Both the position numbers and the translations under genes were made by a program. From NCBI GenBank assembly GCA_963761335.1, contig CAVXGR010000015.1:96001-160000 (forward strand): a stretch of DNA of 64,000 nucleotides, read 5' to 3'. This stretch comes from an uncultured delta proteobacterium. GTDB lineage: Bacteria > Desulfobacterota > Binatia > HRBIN30 > BPIQ01. The notes under the pieces are model-generated. The model did not search any database. It was not told the DNA's origin and was given only the letters and a program-made list of their open reading frames with translations. How positions within the stretch are numbered: the first letter of the stretch is position 1; every line of letters begins with the position of its first letter. Below are positions 51,653-61,965 of this stretch, piece after piece.

Positions 51653-51814
51653 ATGATCAAGGCGCAGGCAGAGCTCGAGAAGGAGCTCCGGAAGTGGCGC
51701 GAGGCCCGGGCTCGAAAGCAGGGCGGACGCCAGAACCCCAATGACCGCCGCACTGTCCGCGTAAACGGCCAGGAAGTCGTGGTCATTACCAAGCCCAAGC
51801 GGGCAGCTCCCTGA
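51653..51814 (+). CDS. Small basic hypothetical protein (53 aa), absent from the ORF track
   Basis: AAGGAG RBS then ATG; MIKAQAELEKELRKWREARARKQGGRQNPNDRRTVRVNGQEVVVITKPKRAAP; host-like codons. Confidence 0.65.
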   Translation: MIKAQAELEKELRKWREARARKQGGRQNPNDRRTVRVNGQEVVVITKPKRAAP

Positions 51815-51973
51815 AGTGCCCGTGCGGCGCTGACCGGAATGGCGAAGCTCTAGCTGCCCCTCCGGTCGGCAATCCGCGGCGCCACCGCTGGGCGGGAGCC
51901 TCGCCGCCCGTTCCCATCGGCCTCCGATTTCCCCGCGGCTGATGACTGGTTGCCCGGGGCCGGCACCGCGGCT

Positions 51974-52798
51974 ATGATCCCCTCCGTGCATCGCTTCTGT
52001 CGGCTGGCTCTTCTGGGCCTGCTTGCCTCCCTGCTGCCTTCCATCGGCCACGCCAGTGAGGGAGTGCGTTACCTGCTGTCGCCGCGCAGCACCATCGTGC
52101 AGGTGTGCCCGCAGTGCACCACGCCGGCAGGACGGCCGGAGCGGCTCTCCGGCTCCTTCACGCTGACGCCGTTGCCTTTGAGCTCCGGTAGGCGCGTCGA
52201 GGCGCTCACCGATCTCAACCTGCAGAGTAGCTCGTACCGGGTGCAGGGATCGGGGTTCGTGCAGTTTCTCCCCTCCGGCAAGATCGCCATCGTCATCCAC
52301 GCGAGCATCAACGGCGACGACATGCAGCTGCGCGCCACCCGCCGCCAGCCGCCTCCGGGCACCGAGTTCAGCGTGCTGCTGGGAACACCGAGAGGTGGAG
52401 CCGTCGACTACCTGATGATCGTCAGCGCGGTTCCCGCCGAGGAAGGGCCTGACAGCGATCGCGACGGCGTGGCGGATGCCGATGACGTCTGTCCCCGCGT
52501 CTACGACCCGAAGCAGCTGGATTCCGACGGCGACGGCATCGGCGATGCGTGCGATCTGTGCGCCGACACGGCCGCCAACGAGGTCGTCAGCAGCACCGGG
52601 TGCAGCGTGGCGCAGACCTGCCCCTGCGAAGCGGCCGCCGACGGCAAGCCGTGGAGACGCGGCGCTTACGGCAAGTGCGTCGCCCACGCCGTCAAGCAGC
52701 TGCGCCGCGACGGCCGCGTGTCGCGCAAGGATTCACTGCGTATGCTGCGCGATGCCCTGAGATCGGGCTGCGGCCAGACGGTCGTCGCCCTGCGCTGA
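51974..52798 (+). CDS. Secreted thrombospondin type-3 repeat protein
   Basis: Signal peptide; DSDRDGVADADDVCP, DSDGDGIGDACD. Confidence 0.85.
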   Translation: MIPSVHRFCRLALLGLLASLLPSIGHASEGVRYLLSPRSTIVQVCPQCTTPAGRPERLSGSFTLTPLPLSSGRRVEALTDLNLQSSSYRVQGSGFVQFLPSGKIAIVIHASINGDDMQLRATRRQPPPGTEFSVLLGTPRGGAVDYLMIVSAVPAEEGPDSDRDGVADADDVCPRVYDPKQLDSDGDGIGDACDLCADTAANEVVSSTGCSVAQTCPCEAAADGKPWRRGAYGKCVAHAVKQLRRDGRVSRKDSLRMLRDALRSGCGQTVVALR

Positions 52799-52807
52799 AG
52801 GGCGCGC

Positions 52808-52945
52808 TCAGCGATACCCGGAGGTCGACTTCACGGCGGCCGCTGTGGCGCTGTTGAGATAGGCCAGAACTCCCGGAGCGTCGAAGTAGTTGTAGGCGAA
52901 GAGGGTCGCCGCTCCGAGGATCAGGCCGTAGAAGAACTCACGCAT
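52808..52945 (-). CDS. Small single-TM hypothetical protein (45 aa)
   Basis: MREFFYGLILGAATLFAY..., plausible codon usage. Confidence 0.55.
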   Translation of the reverse strand: MREFFYGLILGAATLFAYNYFDAPGVLAYLNSATAAAVKSTSGYR

Positions 52946-52987
52946 GCCCCGATCATACGGCATGCCAGCGACCTGGTCAAAAGACTC

Positions 52988-53072
52988 GAGGTGTTGAGGT
53001 GTTGGTGTTGAGTGCCGTACGGCCTGCCTCCGCGGCACCTGCAGCAGCCAACACCTCAATACCCCACACCTC
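52988..53072. repeat. Inverted 8-mer repeat element (GAGGTGTT / AACACCTC)
   Basis: gaggtgttgaggtgttgg pairs imperfectly with ccaacacctcaatacccc; the right arm overlaps the aminotransferase 3' end. Confidence 0.7.
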
Positions 53073-54510
53073 GTACTTCTCCGCAAGCCTCGGCAATCGA
53101 CAGGCGCAGCGTTTCCGCAATCCAGTCGATCTGTCGCGGCTCGATGATCAGCGGCGGGCAGACGACGACGTTGTCGCCGCTGCCGCGGACGATCAGCCCG
53201 CGCCGTAGGGCGGCCTGACGCACCTTTGCCGAAACCGCCAGCTCGGCGGCAAAGGGCGTCTTGCGCTGCCTGTCGGCGACCAGCTCGATGGCTGCCATGA
53301 GGCCGACGGCGCGCACCTGGCCGACCGCCGCCAGCTCACCGAGCCCTCGCATCGCCGTGCAGAAGTGTCGCTCCTTGCGCCGCGATTGGGCGAACAGATC
53401 TTCCCTTTCCATGATGTCGAGGTTGGCGAGGGCCGCGGTGCAGGCGACGGGATGCCCCGAGTAGGTGAAGCCGTGGTGCAGAGAGAACTCGGGCCCGGCG
53501 TCCACCATCGCCTGGTAAATCTCATCGCGGAGAATGACGCCGCCGAGCGGCAGATAGCCGCTGCTGACTCCCTTGGCGAACGAGATCAGGTCCGGAGTGA
53601 CCTTCCACCTCTGCATCGCAAAGGCTCGGCCGAGCCTTCCGAATCCGGTGATCACCTCATCGGCGACCAGGAGGATGTGGTTGCGGTCGCAGATGGCGCG
53701 GATGCGCTCGAAGTACTCCGGCGGCGGCACGATGACCCCGCCGACCCCCTGAACCGGCTCCGCGATGAAGGCGGCGATGCGATCGGAGCCCTCTCGCTCG
53801 ACGAGCCGTTGCAGCTCGTCGGCACAGGCGATGCCGCACTCCGGATAAGTACGGCCGAGCGGACAGCGGTAGCAGTAAGGGTTGGCGATGCGCTCGACTC
53901 CGGGAAGCATCGGCTCGTAATAGCGGTGGAAGTAGGGCAACCCGGTCAAGGTTGCGGCGCCGGTTGAGCTGCCGTGATAGGCGCGCTCCAAAGCCACGAT
54001 CTTGACCTTGTCGGTGTAGCCGCGCAGCCGCCAGTACAGCCGCACCAGACGGATCACCGTCTCGTTCGCTTCCGAGCCTCCAGAGGTGAAGACCACCCGG
54101 GACATGCCCTTTGGTGCCAGCCGGGCGAGGCGCGCCGCCAGCTCGATCGGCGGCGGCGAGGAGAAGCCGAGCAGCGTCGGAGCGAAGGCCAGCTGACGGA
54201 TCTGTGCGGCTACCCGGCGGGCGATCTCGGCGCGGCCGTGGCCGATGGACACGTTCCACAGCCCCGAGAGGCCGTCGAGGTAGCGCCGCCCGTCGCTGTC
54301 CCAGACATAGACGCCGCGGCCGCGGACGAGGGTCAGTGTGCCGCGGTCGGCGGTGACGGCCGGCGAGGCGAAGCCGTGGACCAGGTAGCGTCGATCGGCG
54401 CGGTCCAGCGCCGCGGGCGCCGGCGCTTTCGTGCCTGCGGCGCTGGCGGCGCGGCGCGCCGGCCGCTGCGAGCGGCGCGCCGCGGTCGCGCGAGCGCCGC
54501 TCCGACTCAC
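53056..54510 (-). CDS. Class-III PLP aminotransferase
   Basis: RGRGVYVWD, GGSEANE, AYHG, AEPVQGVGG, DEVITGFGR, FAKG, HGFTYSGHP. The GTG start overlaps the upstream stop. Confidence 0.93.
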   Translation of the reverse strand: MSRSGARATAARRSQRPARRAASAAGTKAPAPAALDRADRRYLVHGFASPAVTADRGTLTLVRGRGVYVWDSDGRRYLDGLSGLWNVSIGHGRAEIARRVAAQIRQLAFAPTLLGFSSPPPIELAARLARLAPKGMSRVVFTSGGSEANETVIRLVRLYWRLRGYTDKVKIVALERAYHGSSTGAATLTGLPYFHRYYEPMLPGVERIANPYCYRCPLGRTYPECGIACADELQRLVEREGSDRIAAFIAEPVQGVGGVIVPPPEYFERIRAICDRNHILLVADEVITGFGRLGRAFAMQRWKVTPDLISFAKGVSSGYLPLGGVILRDEIYQAMVDAGPEFSLHHGFTYSGHPVACTAALANLDIMEREDLFAQSRRKERHFCTAMRGLGELAAVGQVRAVGLMAAIELVADRQRKTPFAAELAVSAKVRQAALRRGLIVRGSGDNVVVCPPLIIEPRQIDWIAETLRLSIAEACGEVRGVGY

Positions 54511-55676
54511 GGGAATATCACCGTGCCGTTGCGGCCTCCTTGAAAGAAAGGCTCGTTTCCGGTGGTCACCGGGTTCCCGAAGGAATCGAACTTGTCGAGC
54601 ACCAGCCCGATGAGCGATGCCCCCGCGCCGCGCACGATGAGATGTGCCGTGTCGGTGCCCAGAACCGAGCGCCGCATCGTGCTGCTCACCTGATCGAGCG
54701 GGCGGCGATCCCAGCAGAGAACGCTGATCGAGGCGGAGAAGGCCTGCTCGAACTCGTTGATGATCTGGAAGCTCGCCGTCACCCGACTGGGTATCTGGTT
54801 GAGGAAGTCCTGATCGCAGGGGGTCAGCACGATCTCGCTCTCCGAGCCCGGCTGCACCGCCAGCACGTCGAAGTGGAGGCGGTCGGGGCACTTCTCGTAA
54901 GTGACGCCGTCGAGGTCATAGACTCCGTCGAAGTCGCCGTCGGTCAGCCGCCGGAAAGCCACGGCGCTGTAGCTGGCCGCCTGACCGCTGTCGTCGAAGA
55001 CGATGGCGCGGCCCTGTATGGTGTTGTGGGCGCTGACGCTGCGGTTCTGCGGAATCACGCCGCACTTCAGCTCGCCCTCGCCGTCAAACGGGGGCACGGA
55101 GGTGAAGTTGGCGGGGTTGCGCGTGCCGCGGCTGGCCAGCCAGGAAAGTGGCTGATTGGGAGTCAGGGAGACGAAGAAGCCGAGCTCGATCCAGTTGTCG
55201 GCGCGCAGATAGAAGCACTCGAGTGACTGGTCGGTGCCGGTCAGGTTGACCAGCTCGATGCGTGTGTCCTGGGTCACGTTGCTGGCCGTGACCTGCGACT
55301 GGATGAGCGGGAAAACCAGTAGCGTCGCCGGGAGCTTCTGTGCCGGCGACTCCCCGGTGGCCGACGGCAGCGTGCTGCCTTCTCCCGAGAGGTCCGGGGT
55401 GAACGTCGGAATCGGAGTGGAGGTCGGGCGCGGTGTCCTGGTCAGGGTGGCGGTCCGCGTCGGACTGGCGGTCCGCGTCGGGGTGCGGGTGATCGTGGGG
55501 GTCTTGGTGCGCGTTGCCGTCGGTGCCGTGGGCGTGGGGGTCGCCGAGGGATTCCCTCCCGGGGAGACGAACCGCAGCCGGCCCCAAGTAAACCACCACT
55601 GCGCCTGCGCCATCGGCGCCAGGCCCAACCATAGTCCGATGACGGCCATTGCTGTGAACCGCGTTCGTGAACCCAC
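54507..55676 (-). CDS. Seventh, minimal member of the secreted Cys-rich family, with a Thr/Pro-rich stalk
   Basis: AAGGAG RBS, signal peptide, TPT repeats, then ATLLVFP, DTRIELVN, ECFY, LTPNQPLSW, GELKC, LTPC, INEFEQ, CW. Confidence 0.85.
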   Translation of the reverse strand: MGSRTRFTAMAVIGLWLGLAPMAQAQWWFTWGRLRFVSPGGNPSATPTPTAPTATRTKTPTITRTPTRTASPTRTATLTRTPRPTSTPIPTFTPDLSGEGSTLPSATGESPAQKLPATLLVFPLIQSQVTASNVTQDTRIELVNLTGTDQSLECFYLRADNWIELGFFVSLTPNQPLSWLASRGTRNPANFTSVPPFDGEGELKCGVIPQNRSVSAHNTIQGRAIVFDDSGQAASYSAVAFRRLTDGDFDGVYDLDGVTYEKCPDRLHFDVLAVQPGSESEIVLTPCDQDFLNQIPSRVTASFQIINEFEQAFSASISVLCWDRRPLDQVSSTMRRSVLGTDTAHLIVRGAGASLIGLVLDKFDSFGNPVTTGNEPFFQGGRNGTVIFP

Positions 55677-55771
55677 CTATATCTCCTTCGCCAGCCCCGA
55701 TGCGGGCGCCATACTAGGCTTGCGTCTGGCCTTCGTCAAATGCAATTTGTTCATGACAGACGGACGTTTAC

Positions 55772-56272
55772 ATGCCCGATCCGCGCCATTGCCCGCGCTG
55801 CGGCGGGGCCCTCGATGGGCCCCGGGGGAGCGCCTTTCACTGCCCGCACTGCGGTCAGGTGACCTATCGCAACCCGGCCGTCGGTGTTGCCGTGGTGATC
55901 GTCGACAGCGACCGGGTGCTGCTCGGGCGCCGCAGTCGGGGAGACTATGCCGGTCTCTGGTGCGTTCCCTGCGGCTATGTCGAATGGGGCGAGGACGTGC
56001 GCGAGGCGGCGCGCCGGGAGCTGCTCGAGGAGACTGGCCTGCGCGCCGAGATCGGCGAGGTGATCGGCGTCCATTCCAACTTCCATGATCCCGACAAGCT
56101 CACCGTCGGCATCTGGTTCCGCGGCGAGGTGCGCGGCGGTGAGCTGCGCGCCGCGGACGACCTGGATGCCGCCGCGTACTGGTCGCTCGCCGCCCTGCCG
56201 CCGCTCGCCTTTCCGACCGACGCCATGGTGCTCGAGCAGCTGCGGCCGCGGCTCAGCCGCGGCGACGGCTGA
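55772..56272 (+). CDS. NUDIX hydrolase with a Zn ribbon
   Basis: CPRCG, CPHCG, GYVEWGEDVREAARRELLEETGL. Confidence 0.92.
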   Translation: MPDPRHCPRCGGALDGPRGSAFHCPHCGQVTYRNPAVGVAVVIVDSDRVLLGRRSRGDYAGLWCVPCGYVEWGEDVREAARRELLEETGLRAEIGEVIGVHSNFHDPDKLTVGIWFRGEVRGGELRAADDLDAAAYWSLAALPPLAFPTDAMVLEQLRPRLSRGDG

Positions 56273-56573
56273 TGCGGCACCGCCGCGCCCGCGGGGCCGA
56301 GGTGGAGTTGGGCGATTTGGGCCGCGCCCGGCGCTTCGAGCTGTTTGCCCGCGGGCCGGCGCCCATGCGCGCCTCGTAACGCGCCAGGCCCTCGTTGAGC
56401 ATGGCGAGGACGACCTCGGCCTTGCGCGCGTGCAGAATGCGCCCCGCTTCGTCGAGCCGGTCGAGAAGCTCGACCGGCAGCCGGATGCTCAGCAGCTTCT
56501 CCTCGTGTGTCGGCTGTGACGCGAGATCACTGAGCCGCAGGCGCGAGTGTATGAGTGACGCTTGACGGGGCAC
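56253..56573 (-). CDS. Hypothetical protein with a probable ribbon-helix-helix domain
   Basis: LLSIRLPVELLDRLDEAG....RKAEVVLAMLNEGL fits the CopG/RHH pattern. Confidence 0.6.
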   Translation of the reverse strand: MPRQASLIHSRLRLSDLASQPTHEEKLLSIRLPVELLDRLDEAGRILHARKAEVVLAMLNEGLARYEARMGAGPRANSSKRRARPKSPNSTSAPRARRCRISRRRG

Positions 56574-56722
56574 TAGCAGTCACCTTCATCTACGCATCAC
56601 CGTACGGGCTGAATTATGCGCTTGCAAGACGGGGGTGACAGATTTTCCGTGAAGCACCGCTCGCTACCGAGCTGTCGAATTTCCGATCGTTGGCTGGCGA
56701 CGATAGGCTCGCGGGCGCTGCC

Positions 56723-57370
56723 TCAGTGCGCTGGGAATGGGCGCCGCAGGGCGGCCGCGGCCAGATCCGGAGAGTCGGTGCCGAGCACTGCCGAGATGGC
56801 AGCCACTCCGTGGGCTCCGGCCGCCGCCACGGCGGCGGAGTTCTCGGCGTTGATGCCGCCGATGGCGAAGACCGGCAGGCCGGCGCCGCGTACCGCTTGG
56901 CGCAGGCGTTCGAGCCCCAGAGGGGTGCCGTAGGCGCGCTTCGAGGCGGTGTCGAAGATCGGCCCGAAGACGGCGAAATCGGCACCGGCGTCGCGGGCGG
57001 CGCGGATCTCGGGCGCGGCGTGAGTGGAGCGGCCGATCAGCGCCCCGGGGCCGAGCAGGCGGCGCGCCTCGGCGACCGGGAAGGAGTTGGCGGGCAGGTG
57101 CACGCCGTCGGCGCCGACGGCGAGTGCGACATCGATGCGGTCATTGATCAGCAACGGCGCGCCGTGGCGGCGGCAGATCTCGAGCAGCGCCGCGGCGAGC
57201 TGGCACAGATCGCCGCCGTCGAGGCCCTTCTCGCGCAACTGCACGGCGCCGGCACCGCCGCGCAAAGCGCCCTCGACGCGCTCCAGGAGGACGCGCGTCG
57301 AGCCGCAGAGCCGCCGATCGGTGATCAGGTAGAGGCGGAAGTCTACCTGGCGCGTGGGCGGAGCCGGCAT
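56723..57370 (-). CDS. thiE: Thiamine-phosphate synthase
   Basis: LYLITD, VQLREK, INDRIDVA, GVHL, GRSTH, TASK, AIGGI. Confidence 0.93.
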   Translation of the reverse strand: MPAPPTRQVDFRLYLITDRRLCGSTRVLLERVEGALRGGAGAVQLREKGLDGGDLCQLAAALLEICRRHGAPLLINDRIDVALAVGADGVHLPANSFPVAEARRLLGPGALIGRSTHAAPEIRAARDAGADFAVFGPIFDTASKRAYGTPLGLERLRQAVRGAGLPVFAIGGINAENSAAVAAAGAHGVAAISAVLGTDSPDLAAAALRRPFPAH

Positions 57371-57398
57371 CCGCGGAGAGGGCAGCCGATCGGCGCGA

Positions 57399-58175
57399 TC
57401 AGGACAGAAGCCCTTCGATCGGGCTCGAGGCGGTGGCGTAGAGCTTCTTCTGTATCCGTCCGGCGCGATACGCCTTGCGGCCTGCCTCGACCGCGAGGCG
57501 CATGGCCTCCGCCATCAGGACCGGATCGGCCGCGCCGGCGATGGCGCTGTTCATCAGCACCGCCTCGCATCCCAGCTCCATGGCGATCGCCGCGTCCGAG
57601 GCGGTGCCGACGCCGGCGTCGACGATGACCGGCACCCGGCTCTGCTCGAGGATGATGCGGATGTTGTACGGATTGCGGATGCCGAGGCCGGAGCCGATGG
57701 GCGCCGCCAGCGGCATCACCGCGGCGCAGCCGAGATCCTGGAGCTTCCTGGCGGCGATTGGGTCGTCGTTCAGGTAGGGAAGCACCGAGAATCCCTCTTT
57801 CACCAGAACGGACGCGGCTTCGATGGTGGCCGGGACGTCCGGGAAAAGGGTCTTCTCGTCGCCGATCACCTCCAGCTTGACGAGAGTGCCGACCCCCGCC
57901 TCGCGCGCCAGGCGGGCGGTGCGGATCGCTTCCGCGGCGTTGTAGCAGCCGGCGGTGTTGGGCAGCACGGTGATGCGCTCGAGATCCAGATAATCGAGCA
58001 GGTTCTCCTTGTGCGGATCGGTGATGTTCACGCGGCGCAGTGCCACGGTGACGATCTCGGCCCCGGACGCGTCGATGGCGCGCCGAGTCTCGGCGAAGTC
58101 CTTGTACTTCCCGGTGCCGACAATCAGACGCGAACGGTAGCTCTTGCCGGCGAGCTCGAAGATATCGTTGTCCAT
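57399..58175 (-). CDS. thiG: Thiazole synthase
   Basis: [43 protein letters not shown]. Confidence 0.97.
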   Translation of the reverse strand: MDNDIFELAGKSYRSRLIVGTGKYKDFAETRRAIDASGAEIVTVALRRVNITDPHKENLLDYLDLERITVLPNTAGCYNAAEAIRTARLAREAGVGTLVKLEVIGDEKTLFPDVPATIEAASVLVKEGFSVLPYLNDDPIAARKLQDLGCAAVMPLAAPIGSGLGIRNPYNIRIILEQSRVPVIVDAGVGTASDAAIAMELGCEAVLMNSAIAGAADPVLMAEAMRLAVEAGRKAYRAGRIQKKLYATASSPIEGLLS

Positions 58176-58180
58176 CTCGC

Positions 58181-58381
58181 TCAGCCTCCTCCGATGAAGT
58201 GCACGATCTCGACCACGTCGCCGGCGGCGATTGTGCGCGTCTCATAGCTGTCGCGCGCCAGGATCTCGCGGTTGATTTCGACGGCGAGGCGGCGGCGGTT
58301 CAGCTGCAGCTGGAGAAGCAGCCCTTCGACGGAGATGCCCTCGGCCAGCTCGCGCGTCTCACCGTTCAGGGTGATCTGCAT
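58181..58381 (-). CDS. thiS: Sulfur carrier protein ThiS
   Basis: 66 aa, LNGE..., ends EIVHFIGGG; upstream of thiG. Confidence 0.96.
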   Translation of the reverse strand: MQITLNGETRELAEGISVEGLLLQLQLNRRRLAVEINREILARDSYETRTIAAGDVVEIVHFIGGG

Positions 58382-58540
58382 GCAATCGAAAATAGCCGGC
58401 GTCCATTACCTTTACAACGGGGAGGCCATTTGCTAACCACCCCGCGTCGGCGTCTTTTCGGCAAGATCACCACACATACCGCAATCCGCGGAGGCGCTCT
58501 CCGCGAGTGTCGTTCGCATCCCCGGCGAGGGAGGAGGTCC

Positions 58541-60088
58541 ATGGGCAAAATCACGCGCGCGTTGATCAGTGTGAGCGACAAACGCGGCCTGGTGACCTTC
58601 GCCCGTGAGCTGGCCGCGCACCGCGTGGAGATCCTCTCCACCGGCGGCACGGCGCGTGAGCTGCAGGACGCCGGCATTGCCGTGACCATGGTGAGCGACT
58701 ACACCGGCTCTCCGGAGATCCTCGACGGCCGCGTGAAGACGTTGCATCCGAAGATCCATGGCGGTCTGCTCGGGCGGCGCGATCTCGAGACGCACCGCCG
58801 CCAGATGCAGGATCAGGACATCGAGCCGATCGACATGGTGGTGGTGAATCTCTACCCCTTCGAATCCACCGTGGCCAAGCCCGGCTGTACCTTCGAGGAC
58901 GCCATCGAGAACATCGACATCGGCGGCCCCTCGATGCTGCGCTCGGCGGCCAAGAATCATCGGGACGTGACCGTGGTCGTCGACCCGGACGACTACGGCG
59001 TCGTCCTCGAGGAGATCCGCGCCTCCTCCGGCTCGGTCTCGGCGGTCACCAACTTCCGCCTGGCGAAGAAGGCCTTCCAGACCACGGCGCGCTACGACGG
59101 TGCCATCGCCGATTACCTCGGCGGGCTGCATGCCGAGACGCCGTTCGGCGAGACGGTCCACCTGCAGCTGCGCAAGGCGCAGGACCTGCGCTACGGCGAG
59201 AACCCGCATCAGAAGGCGGCCCTCTACGGCAACTTCCTCGAGCTGTGCGAGCAGCTGCACGGCAAGGAGCTGTCCTTCAACAACATCGTCGACATCAACG
59301 CCGCCATGCAGCTGATGCTCGAGTTCGGCGGCGCCCGCGATACGGTGGTTGCCATTCTCAAGCACAATACGCCGTGTGGCGTCGGCCGCGCCGACGGCGA
59401 TCTCGACGCCTATCGCAAGGCGTTCACCACGGATCCGGACTCGCCCTTTGGCGGCATCATCATCACCAATCGACCGTGGAGTCTGCCACTGGCGCGCGAG
59501 GTCGACGAGATCTTCTCCGAGGTGCTGATCGCGCCGTCGTTCGACACCGACGCCTTCGAGCTGCTGCGCCGCAAGAAGAACCGCCGCCTGATGCGCTGGC
59601 TTCCCGAGAAGGTCGACCGGGAGCAGCGGGACTGGAAGCGCGTCTACGGCGGCGTGCTGATCCAGGAGGCGGATCTCGCCATGGAAGATCCGGCGCAGGC
59701 CAAGGTGGTCAGCAAACGCGCTCCCACTGCGGCGGAGCTCGAGGCCTTCGCCTTCGGGTTGCCCATCGTCAAGCACATCAAGTCGAATGCCGTCGCCTTC
59801 GTCGCCGCCGACCGCACCCTCGCCGTCGGCGGTGGGCAGACCTCCCGTGTCGATCCCGTGCTCCTGGCCGTCGACCGGGCACGGCGTCTCCAGCTCGATC
59901 TGCGGGGCTCGGTGGTCGCCAGCGAAGCGTTCTTCCCCTTTCCGGACGCCGTGGAGGCGATCGCCGCGGCCGGGGCGACGGCGGTGATCCAACCCGGCGG
60001 CAGCACGCGCGACGAGCTGGTCATCGAGGCCGCCGACCGCGCCGGCATGGCAATGCTCTTTACCGGGGTGCGCCACTTCAAGCATTGA
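58541..60088 (+). CDS. purH: Bifunctional AICAR transformylase / IMP cyclohydrolase
   Basis: RALISVSDK, STGGT, GRVKTLHP, IDIGGPSMLR, LRYGENPHQ, QPGGS, RHFKH; GGAGG RBS. Confidence 0.97.
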   Translation: MGKITRALISVSDKRGLVTFARELAAHRVEILSTGGTARELQDAGIAVTMVSDYTGSPEILDGRVKTLHPKIHGGLLGRRDLETHRRQMQDQDIEPIDMVVVNLYPFESTVAKPGCTFEDAIENIDIGGPSMLRSAAKNHRDVTVVVDPDDYGVVLEEIRASSGSVSAVTNFRLAKKAFQTTARYDGAIADYLGGLHAETPFGETVHLQLRKAQDLRYGENPHQKAALYGNFLELCEQLHGKELSFNNIVDINAAMQLMLEFGGARDTVVAILKHNTPCGVGRADGDLDAYRKAFTTDPDSPFGGIIITNRPWSLPLAREVDEIFSEVLIAPSFDTDAFELLRRKKNRRLMRWLPEKVDREQRDWKRVYGGVLIQEADLAMEDPAQAKVVSKRAPTAAELEAFAFGLPIVKHIKSNAVAFVAADRTLAVGGGQTSRVDPVLLAVDRARRLQLDLRGSVVASEAFFPFPDAVEAIAAAGATAVIQPGGSTRDELVIEAADRAGMAMLFTGVRHFKH

Positions 60089-60154
60089 CAGTGACGCCGC
60101 GCCGTGTGAGGTGATCGGCATCGAGCCGGAACGGGCCGCGTCGGAAGTACATCC

Positions 60155-61435
60155 ATGAAAGTTCTCGTTGTGGGAGGAGGAGGACGGGAGCATGCGCTGG
60201 TGTGGAAGCTCAGCCGCTCGCCTCGCGTCTCCAAACTATACTGCGCTCCCGGAAACGCCGGCATCGCCGAGCTCGCCGAGCTGGTGCCGGTGGGTGCGGA
60301 CGATGTGCACGGCCTGGTACGCTTCGCATCGCAGAACGCCATCGACCTCACCGTCATCGGCCCCGAGCTGCCGCTGACCCTCGGCGTCGCCGACGAGTTC
60401 GAACGCCACGAGCTGCGTCTCTTCGGCCCCAACCGGCAGGCGGCGGAGCTCGAGGGCAGCAAGGCCTTCGCCAAGGATCTGCTGCGCCGCTGCCGGATCC
60501 CCACCGGGTTCTTCAGCACCTTCTCCGATGCCGACGAGGCGCACCGGTATCTCGAGGAGGTGGGCGCTCCCATCGTCGTCAAAGCCGACGGGCTCGCCGC
60601 CGGCAAGGGGGTGGTGATCTGCCAGACGCGGCGCGAGGCGGAGCAGGCGGTCGACGAGATCCTCCGTGGTCGGCTGTTCGGCGATGCCGGCAACCGCGTC
60701 ATCATCGAGGAGTATCTCGAGGGCGAAGAGGCGTCCTTCATGGTGCTCGTCGACGGCACCACCGCCGTGCCCCTGGCGACCTCGCAGGACCACAAGGCCG
60801 CCTACGACGGCGACAAGGGCCCCAATACCGGCGGTATGGGTGCCTACTCGCCGGCGCCGGTGATCACCGCGGCGATGCAGGAGCAGATCATGGAGGAGAT
60901 CATCGACCCGCTGATGCGGGGCCTGCGCGAGCGCAAGGTGCTCTACAAGGGTGTGCTCTACGCCGGCCTGATGATCAAGAATGGGCGACCGAAGGTGCTC
61001 GAGTTCAACGCCCGCTTCGGCGATCCCGAGTGCCAGGTGATCATGATGCGCCTGCGCAGCGACCTCGTCGACCTGCTCGAGGCGACCATCGACGGCCGAC
61101 TCGACCGGGTGCAGATCGACTGGGATCGGCGCGCCGCCGCATGCGTGGTGCTCGCCGCTCCGGGGTACCCCGGAACCTACGAGAAGGGGGCCGAGATCCA
61201 TGGCCTCGAGGACCTGCGCGACTGGAAGAGCGGCGTCGTCTTTCACGCGGGGACGGCGCGTCGCGACTCCACCTTCGTCACCAATGGCGGTCGCGTCCTC
61301 GGCGTCACTGCTCTGGGCGCCGACATCGGCGCGGCCGTGCGCGAGGCGTACCGCGGCGTCGACCGGATTCACTGGGAGGGAATGCACCTGCGGCGCGACA
61401 TCGGTCATCGCGTGCTTGCCGCCGGCGCTGCTTGA
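60155..61435 (+). CDS. purD: Phosphoribosylamine--glycine ligase
   Basis: [47 protein letters not shown]. Confidence 0.98.
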   Translation: MKVLVVGGGGREHALVWKLSRSPRVSKLYCAPGNAGIAELAELVPVGADDVHGLVRFASQNAIDLTVIGPELPLTLGVADEFERHELRLFGPNRQAAELEGSKAFAKDLLRRCRIPTGFFSTFSDADEAHRYLEEVGAPIVVKADGLAAGKGVVICQTRREAEQAVDEILRGRLFGDAGNRVIIEEYLEGEEASFMVLVDGTTAVPLATSQDHKAAYDGDKGPNTGGMGAYSPAPVITAAMQEQIMEEIIDPLMRGLRERKVLYKGVLYAGLMIKNGRPKVLEFNARFGDPECQVIMMRLRSDLVDLLEATIDGRLDRVQIDWDRRAAACVVLAAPGYPGTYEKGAEIHGLEDLRDWKSGVVFHAGTARRDSTFVTNGGRVLGVTALGADIGAAVREAYRGVDRIHWEGMHLRRDIGHRVLAAGAA

Positions 61436-61443
61436 GAGGATCG

Positions 61444-61965
61444 ATGGCAAGTCGAAGCAAGGCCCCGCGCGTGGGCATTCTCATGGGGAGTGACAGCGAC
61501 TGGGAAGTCATGTCGGTTGCGGCCAAGCGCTTGGACGAGCTCGGCATTGCCTACGAGGTCACGGTCACGTCCGCGCACCGCTCCCCGGGCGCCACGGCGG
61601 AGTACGCGGCGCGGGCACGCGACCGCGGACTGCAGGCGCTGATCGTCGGGGCCGGCGCCGCCGCGCACCTGGCGGGTGCGGTGGCGGCACAGACGACGCT
61701 GCCGGTGATCGGCGTGCCTCTCGACGCCACCAGTCTCGGCGGGCTCGACGCCCTGCTGTCGACGGTGCAGATGCCCGCCGGCGTGCCGGTGGCGACAGTG
61801 GCCATCGGCAGCGCCGGCGCCGGCAACGCCGCCATTCTCGCCGCGCAGATCCTGGCGACGGCCGACAGCGGGCTGGTGCGCAAGCTCGATCGCTTCAAGC
61901 GCGATCTCGAGCAGCAGGTCGAGAAGAAGAATGCTCGGCTCCAGCAGCAGCGACGCGGACGCTGA
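61444..61965 (+). CDS. purE: N5-CAIR mutase
   Basis: [34 protein letters not shown]. Confidence 0.96.
   Translation: MASRSKAPRVGILMGSDSDWEVMSVAAKRLDELGIAYEVTVTSAHRSPGATAEYAARARDRGLQALIVGAGAAAHLAGAVAAQTTLPVIGVPLDATSLGGLDALLSTVQMPAGVPVATVAIGSAGAGNAAILAAQILATADSGLVRKLDRFKRDLEQQVEKKNARLQQQRRGR

Noticed and set aside
58382..58540. TPP riboswitch before thiS or ZTP riboswitch before purH
   Set aside because: I could not find the CTGAGA core of TPP or the pfl/ZTP conserved elements; an Rfam scan would settle it.
58199..58540. N-terminal extension of PurH (also the long upstream extensions called for purE, the 11793 kinase and the 54891 aminotransferase)
   Set aside because: They overlap neighbouring real genes; RBS and/or homology support the downstream starts.
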